Assembly (NCBI GenBank): GCA_023231475.1
Contig: JALJEE010001598.1
Coordinates: 1-56,532, forward strand
Reading direction: 5' to 3'
Origin: Seison nebaliae
Lineage: Eukaryota
DNA length: 56,532 nucleotides
In this document: positions 49,176 to 56,532 of the stretch, in pieces
Position numbering within the stretch: the first letter of the stretch is position 1
Layout of the letters: the number at the start of each line of letters is the position of its first letter
Notes under the pieces: model-generated
What the model was told of the DNA's origin: nothing
Databases searched by the model: none
The model's input: the letters and a program-made list of their open reading frames with translations, nothing else
Made by a program: the position numbers and the translations under genes

Positions 49176-50890
49176 TCACAAGAGGAATTCTAAACGTAAA
49201 TGAGCCCGTTTCATTAATTTTAAAACGATTTTGAATCGATTATCTTGCTTCAAGTAATTGTTATAGATTTTTCTACCCTCAGCATTCTGCAATATCATAA
49301 TCAGGTTAATTGTGAATTAATAAAATTAATTAATTAATTATAAACTTTTAGGCAATTATTTGAATTTAAATTCACAAGTGCATTGTAACAACCGAATGAT
49401 ATGGCTGAAGAATCGTAAAGATATTCTTTTTCGCATTTCTCGATAACCTCCTTCGCTATACTCGACATTTGATTGAGGAATTCATTGAAATTACATTTTC
49501 CAGTTACGGGAACTAAAAGAATGAATGTCATTCGAGAATATTTAAAGAAGAACCTCCATATCTGGAGAAAAGACAATTATCTAATTCTTCATATTGAGTA
49601 CATTGGAAGAAACGGTGAATTTTTGGATAATATCCCACAAATGCATAACACATTTCCCCCTGAAATCCCATCAATATTTATGAAATTACAAATTTTAAAA
49701 CATCTGATCCTTCTCCCCAATGGATTGTTCGGTTTCGGTAACGATGGTCCGTAAATGATTCGTAATAGCAAGTAACTTTGATTTCATCTCCACGTTCTAT
49801 TTTAATTGGCTTTTCAAAATTGTGAATTGGAGGATGATGAAAATCATAATTCTGGTCATCGACAACGGTAGAATGGATACTGGTTTTATTATCTATACGA
49901 CGTATCAATTCGACTTTGGCTCGGACTCCTGTTTAGTTACGATTCAGTTTTGGTTATTATCAATTAATTATAAACCTAAATAGTGAGTATGAATATGAAT
50001 TCGATTAAGATAAATATTCGTTTGACTCTCCAGCGCATCATTTACACAGAACGAAGAACAACTACCTTCTACTTTTAAGATTTGTTTACTCTCCGCTGGG
50101 ATGGTAATAGCATCTTGTCCGATTTGTACATTAGCTGCATTAAATCGTCGCAATTTCTTCGTGTAATATACACGCCATCCACTATTATCTAAAGTATATG
50201 AATAATTTGTCGAAAACGAGAGTCGAAGTGAACCATACATATTTTTCAGATGATTTGCATTATTGACATGAAGTTGAATATGAAATGTACGGAAACCGTT
50301 TTCTCCTCCAAGCAGGATTCCTGAATTGTAATGAGGACAAGTCCAAGCTGTCGTACCGTACGACCATTGGGCAGTCCATTCTAAACATTGTGCGCCAGCT
50401 ACCGATGTGAAACAATTCGTCGTAATCTGTTTTTAAATAATTATAAATTGAAGTTTAATTTATTTAACACTGGAAGAAGGAACGCCATTTTCACAACCGA
50501 ATAATATCATATGATGATCAGCTACTCGATTGGATATGAGAGGTTCGAAAGCAACAGCATGATATTCCTCATTCAAATCCAACGGGATCTTTAATGAAAT
50601 TGAACTTTTGTTTTCAAATTTTAATATATTAATTAAACTTCAAATTGTTGACAATAGTAGGTAGTTAATTGGGGAGGTAATGTTGTATTATCCAATCTCA
50701 ATTCGAATGATTGTAGAGGAAGATCATGAAATAAAGCTCTTCGACATTGCGCACCAGGAATGTCGTCGACAATAGCTAAAACAGAAAATACATTTCCCAC
50801 ACACATTAAAAGAAAAATTGTGAAGAGAATACCTAAAAAATTATTCATTCTCTGAAACATTATTCGTTGCAAACAAAGTAAGAAACTCAT
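49176..50890 (-). CDS. Copper type II ascorbate-dependent monooxygenase (DBH/MOXD1/TBH family), 8 exons
   Basis: TTYYC, DHHMILFGC, QLHVNN, DNSG, HIHTHYLG, YDFHH, GDEIKVTCYY, GEGSDGEMC. Exact start and stop uncertain. Confidence 0.88.
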
Positions 50891-51299
50891 AAACTTAGGA
50901 ACAAAATGGAAAAATATGAATAGTGAACAAATATTTGCTTTAGTTTTATTACTTGGGAACTGCTATTACATGGTGAACCGAGGACTCTTTTCAAACTTTA
51001 TGATATTTTGAACACGCATCATTTATATCGACGATTTTTCTCTAAATTATTTTATTAAATAACGTTTGTTGACGTACATTTGAATCTGGACTTAATAAAA
51101 TAACTCAATTAAATTAACATAAAAATCTTAAAAACCAAAATGCTCTTTATCTTAAAAAATGTAAGATAGAAAATGAAAAACTGAAAAAAATCAATAATTA
51201 TCGGCAATTAACAGTATTCACTGTTACATTTAAAAGGTAATTTTCAGACTTTCCAATCAATTCCAACCTTCTAAAGCATAAACTGTGCTCGTAATTACG

Positions 51300-52095
51300 G
51301 AAATATTTTTTGATCAGGAATCTAGGAGAAAACGGCACCCTTTCATATTCGTCCTGGTCCTATCCATCAAGTGGATGGGACCCATCCTGGATATGGATAA
51401 ACCAGCCAGGATTCTTGTACGAGTATTATCTCGTATTGTAGAAGGAAAGGTAAACTAGAACCGAGATTCGATGGTCCGTGAGAATTGAAAGCAATTAGTG
51501 AGAGTGTTTTCAATTCGGATGATGGAAGTAATTGTGTTGAATGTGGCGATATGGATGATGCTGTAGAGGGAATTGGGAAAAAAAATGAGGATGTTAGTGG
51601 TGAGGTAAGATGAGATTGGGGTAATAAAGGAAAAGCGGAAGAAATAGAAAAAAAAGGAGATACTCACTTGAGTGAACCATGTTCCACCTTGCAACGAGTC
51701 GACAAGAATTCTTTATCCTTGTTAGGGTGGATGAACTTGAAGAAAGATACACCTTCTGGCCAAGTTTCGGTTGAATTGGGAAGCTGAGACTGGCTTCCCT
51801 TGACCGCGATGTGAAACGTCGCTACATGGAAGAGATGATCAGGGTCTTTGTGAAGGAGTCTTGCGATGGAGATCGGTCGAACCCTTTTGGATACCAAGAA
51901 TTCATTAATCTCTATCGCCATGGTTGAAGTGTTGAACAATTGAACAAACGTGGAAGAACGATTTTGCGGAGGTGATGTTTGCACGATGCAACTGATGTGG
52001 GAGATCGGACATGTGGATTTCCTCTTAGAAGAAGAGTTGAAGTCTCTTTAGATGGCTGTGTCGCCACCGACTTCGCTCACCGAACTGCCTAATTC
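51300..52095 (-). mobile_element. LINE remnant (ORF1-like)
   Basis: STFVQLFNTST..EINEFL..ATFHIAV..TWPEGV resembles the ORF1 C-terminus of non-LTR elements; same strand compositional skew as the 6.6-8.7 kb element. Confidence 0.6.
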
Positions 52096-52420
52096 GACTA
52101 AAATGATATTTAATCCTTTATTATTTTTCGATTCTTCTTCAATTCCAAAATATTTTCCTTACTGGCATTCTCTCTTCTACATGAAAGTCTATGACTTTCG
52201 AAGGTGAATTTCCGTTGATTTTTAGACATTTAAGACAAGCACTCCCACCATTCTCTAACATTATAAAATCCTCAAAACTTCCGTTCCCCAGATTTATTTT
52301 TTTTAGAACAATAATTGAGTTAAAATTTTCAATATTTAATTTGCATAAAAATCTTCTTTGTAGAAAGTTCTTCTCCTCGGCAAAGTGTGAAAAAATGTGA
52401 AGATTGGATATAGTATATAC

Positions 52421-53185
52421 CAGGCATGGGCGCGTTGAGTAAAAATCTCTGAATAAATAATTGAGCTAGTGAGTAAATAATGTATGTGTATCATCTATAG
52501 GAGAAATAATAATTCGCGTACATAAGGGAAAAAATAATAGAAGGTAATTGTTTTATTAAAATAATAAATTTCGTTCATCATCAAAAATATCAAAATCCAA
52601 CTCAACATTCTTTGAAGCCTGGTTTAGGCAAAGGTGCAAAAGATTTGATAAATTAGATGTGTTAACTTACTTCTGTGTTGGTTTTTGATAAATTTTAGAT
52701 GCGAAAACGCCATTTCACATAAATAGGTGGTTCCAAAGCACGATAAACACTTCTCGGCACCTTCTTTCAAAATGGGAAACTCATTCATCATATCGCATAA
52801 CCAAAAATTCTTCACGTATCGAAAATTTTCAAGCGTTTGGAGCAATGCATCAAAGTTGGATTTAATAAAACTATTATTTTGTAACAAAAACATTTCTCGC
52901 TTTGTTTCGTTATCAATATTTTCAATTCACGATAATAGAAAAAACATTAACTTGAATTTATTAACTGAATTGAAAATTTCCTTTGGAAGGGTAAAAGATC
53001 AAAAAATCGATTTTTCATATTATCAATCAAAATTTCTACTGTTCTCAGAAATGCTATAAATGTTTCTTCTTTTAATTCTAATTGTATTTCTTTTAATGTA
53101 TTCAAACTTCCATATTCATTATTTCTCAAATCCAATGCTGCTAATTTTAATTTATTGAATAAACATTTAGTTGGCGGTTGCATGT
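52421..53185 (-). mobile_element. hAT transposase 3' remnant with terminal repeat
   Basis: FW...EFPILKEGAEKCLSCFGTTYLCEMAFSHLKFIKNQHRSKLT dimerisation domain; hAT-type end CAGGCATGGGC at 52421. Confidence 0.85.
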
Positions 53186-53229
53186 GGATATATACTATAT
53201 ATCAATCCATTTATTGACGTAGAAAGCGT

Positions 53230-53931
53230 GGATCATTTTTTTCCTGACGGTACTTTCGATGTCGCGCCGAGTGATTTTGCACAATTATATGTAACAAGTG
53301 GATTATTTTTTCAAAAACCAATAACGTTTAGCTATTGTTGAAAAAGAAAAGACGCAAGTCGTACGAAGAAATGTTTCTTCTCATTAAAGAGGCATGCGGT
53401 TTAAAACCAAGGAGTATTTGTACCGATTTTGAAATTGGGGCAATAAATGCATTCTGTTTTCGAAGCAGTCAAGGTACATGGTTGCTACTTCCACTTGCGG
53501 CAAAGTGTTCTTCGAAAGGTGACCACAAGTGAATTTTCGGAAAGCTGTAGATTTTCTTTCTCTTCTCTTTTATTCCGGAAAAGGTTGTCGCAGAAGCTTT
53601 TGACGCGGTTAATGGGAAGGTATTAGGTGGGAAGAAATTGACGATTACTTCTACGGCAATTTTCCTAATCTCGTTGGGGAATAACTACAAACGAACCGTA
53701 AACAATCTACCAAGAACGAATAATTTTAGCGAAGGAAATAATACAATAAAAACGTTCGTAAAATCCGGAAATCTGACAAGAAAAAACTTCAAAAACAAAG
53801 TTGATGAAATGAGATCGCATTTTTTTCGAAGCATGGAAAAAGGGCGAAATATACCGTCAATCTTAATTAATTATGTTCATAACGATATATTGTTTTATTT
53901 AGATGAAATAAGGAACATATATAAAACTTAA
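53230..53931 (+). mobile_element. Decayed Mutator/MULE transposase
   Basis: DGTFDVAPSDFAQLY, ICTDFEIGAINAF, HGCYFHLRQSV and LPRTNNFSEG, across frameshifts. Confidence 0.9.
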
Positions 53932-54147
53932 TTCATCTCCCGATCATTTATTTTCATTGTCTTTTTTGTATTATTTCCTTACGATTTTTTAAAAACAAAA
54001 ACATAATAATAGCCTCCTTGTGATTATTATAAAGATTTACCTCACAAAATTAATAAATTATTAATTAAATTATTTAAATTGTCAGTATAATTGATAAACT
54101 AATAAGGTGATTCTTTCAAGGTTCAATTGTCTGTCTGGGATTTCTAG

Positions 54148-54321
54148 TCTTGGCAACTTTCCATTTGAGAAAAAAATCTCGGGAACTTTCCATCTCGAAA
54201 AAAAATTTTGCAACTTTCGATATGAGAGAAAGTTCTTGGCAACTTTCCATCTTAATTTTGTTTTAGAAAAGTTGGCATCTTTTCGGGATTGCTCTGTAAT
54301 GTTCCTAGAAATGTTGCCAAC
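54148..54321. repeat. TTGGCAACTTTCCAT repeat array downstream of the MULE remnant
   Basis: Four direct copies about 30 bp apart plus two inverted degenerate copies. Confidence 0.65.
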
Positions 54322-56399
54322 GTTTTTGTTAAATTTTTAACTGTGTTTAACTGTATGTCCATTAGTGTTGCTATGGGACGGTTATTCACATTTACAATAA
54401 CATTTGATTTTCATTGAGACCATTTAAGGTCCATATTTTTCTTACTACGACTTCCTTTGACAATTGATTTATAGTTTCCTCAATTGCTTTTGCACTTTTT
54501 GGAACCACCTTGGTTTTTATATAATTGGTTGTTCTCATTGAATTGTTGATTTTGTCCAATTGGTGAATAGAATCCTTAGATTTATTTCCTCTGTTGTGGT
54601 TGGTGGCATGATGGAGTCTATTAATAAATGATTGATAGCCCATTAAACTTAGAATACCGATAAAATATAAGGATCCTTAAAACTCACTTTCATTCCCTAA
54701 GCTTAGCAAACTTACAAAATTAAGATTTTAACAATTAAAAACTGATAATGAATTCAAAGATAAACTTATTCATTTAAAATTTCAAGTTTCAAATTGACTA
54801 ACAATACCATTGAAAGGATAACGTAAATTTGTCAGAAAGAAGAAGAAACGCAGAAATTTTAAAAACTGAGAAAAGTTTAAAATATTTATTTTTCCGGTTA
54901 ATGGAGTAGTGCCGATATTTGGTTGATAAGAAACCAAAAGTTGAGCAGACCACCACGTGATCCTGCTGATTATATGCAATTTATATAATATATTACATTA
55001 ATACATCTTGATTGATCTTGGTTTTACTCTATTAACCTGAATATAACTTTTATTCTGAACATCTTTCAGTATATTTTCATTCTATAAACTTTTTTCAAAT
55101 GCTTTCTATATCGGATAGTAGATGAATAGAAAGTGGAAAATTGCTTATCTGACCATTTTTTGTTGATTAAACTGACTGTGAAACAGACTGCAAATTCTTC
55201 ACTATATCGATATTCATCTTCTAAACAATCTTTAAGATGATAGATGATGATAAGAAATGATAATTTCTTGAATGGACAAATAGTTGAGAGTGGATACAAG
55301 GAATTTCGTGTTGAACAAGTGTAATTTGTGCATAGAAGTCGACTCACCAGGGAACTCACACATCGAGTTAGGAATGAACCTTAAATATTGAATTCAGAAG
55401 CGAATTTTGTTTTTAATTTATTATACATCATTTTTAGGATAACAATCACTTTTTTCAGCTTTTTTGACGATTGCGAGAACGCGTGGTACCATTGACAAAT
55501 GACATCCGATTTCTAATTTTACTATTTATTAAATCTTAAGATTACTGACTATTTATTTATTTGTTTGTTTGTAATTTGTTTATACTTTACTATCATTTTT
55601 GTTGATACTTTAAAAAGATCTTTACGGTGATTCTCTTGATATTACAATCTTACAGAAAATACGAAGAATCATCGTCAAAATCATCACGTTCAGGATTGTT
55701 ACTAATAGGGGAATCACTATTTATAGTTTAAGAAATTTGATAAGTAGAATAAGAATGAAAGAAAAAGTACGATTGATCAATGAGTTCTTTAGTTTTCGAT
55801 ATAACATTTCATTCGATGCTGCATTTTTTACTTCACCTGGTTCGGGAGATAATTTTAGACCTAAAAGAATTAGAATTATCGACACCAAGTTATTTACTTC
55901 GAAATCAGTCAACCATTCATTAATTTGAACAAAACTCCACCAAAATACGTCATAACTACTCTAAAGAAGTTCCAATAATTTATTTGGGAAGAACAATGTC
56001 GTTATTTATTCAGTAAAAGTTTTGCTTTTACCATAATTTAACGAGCTCATTTTGAACTTGATGACGAAGTATTATGATTAACGATTTCGTTGTCTGGTCA
56101 ACAATATTATCCTACGACAATATGATATTTCCAATGGAAGATAATGAGCTATATAAACTCATCTAAACTCGTTCTTACATGAGTAATCTTCGGTTAAACC
56201 AACAAAGGAGGATAATGACTAAATGTATCCATAAACCATTTGGAATTATCAGATGTAAGATAATTGTGATGCTGAACCACGAAATGAATAGTAAATCTGA
56301 TAATTATCAGATTTATAATTCTTCGTTCAGCAGAATTATCAGAAGCAATATTATTCCATTCAAATACATATTATTTTATTTATTTTATCACATATTTAT

Positions 56400-56532
56400 T
56401 CAAGTTTTTATTGAGTTTTTATTAAGTTTTTATTTTAAGTTTAAACTAAAGTTTTTATTTCGACTAAAAACTTATTTAAGCTTAAATTATTTTGACTAAA
56501 TATCGACTAGTTTTTAACTTTTTGAGTTTTTT
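56400..56532. repeat. Degenerate AGTTTTTATT-type low-complexity repeat
   Basis: AAGTTTTTATT GAGTTTTTATT AAGTTTTTATT... Confidence 0.5.

Noticed and set aside
12421..50890. Alternative genetic code or stop readthrough to explain fragmented ORFs
   Set aside because: Breaks in conserved genes are resolved by short GT-AG introns, and long intronless genes translate cleanly with the standard code.
22539..50890. Copper gene cluster (CTR1 plus copper monooxygenase)
   Set aside because: 26 kb apart with unrelated genes between; no TGCRCNC metal-response element seen upstream of CTR1.
54392..56400. Short minus-strand ORFs as a gene or transposase
   Set aside because: No recognisable motifs or consistent splice model; probably decayed repeat sequence.

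Overview
AT-rich, gene-dense animal genomic DNA (NR2E3, WAP/antistasin protein, senju-type transporter); the taxon cannot be fixed from sequence alone. By splicing exons manually I can support 16 protein-coding genes: SCAI, a WAP/antistasin secreted protein, an Ig-like membrane protein, UCHL5, VPS39-like, CTR1, TTLL9, 14-3-3, MRPL41, senju/SLC35A-like, an orphan ORF, QNG1, an RRM+Tudor protein, a golgin-like coiled-coil protein, NR2E3 and a copper type II monooxygenase. Decayed hAT, MULE and LINE elements and MITEs lie at both ends and in a gene-poor block at 39-46 kb. The main signal is the splicing code. About 62 of 64 coding introns I reconstructed (mostly 40-60 nt) begin with GTT rather than GTR, with little conservation after +3, and about a fifth end in AAG or GAG. 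Two GTT introns sit at apparently ancestral NR2E3 positions, which suggests a lineage-wide shift in 5' splice-site recognition. The same signature reveals a hidden five-exon unit with no ORF (40.8-41.5 kb) and stop-free in-frame introns. All gene models are manual, with no transcript or database evidence.
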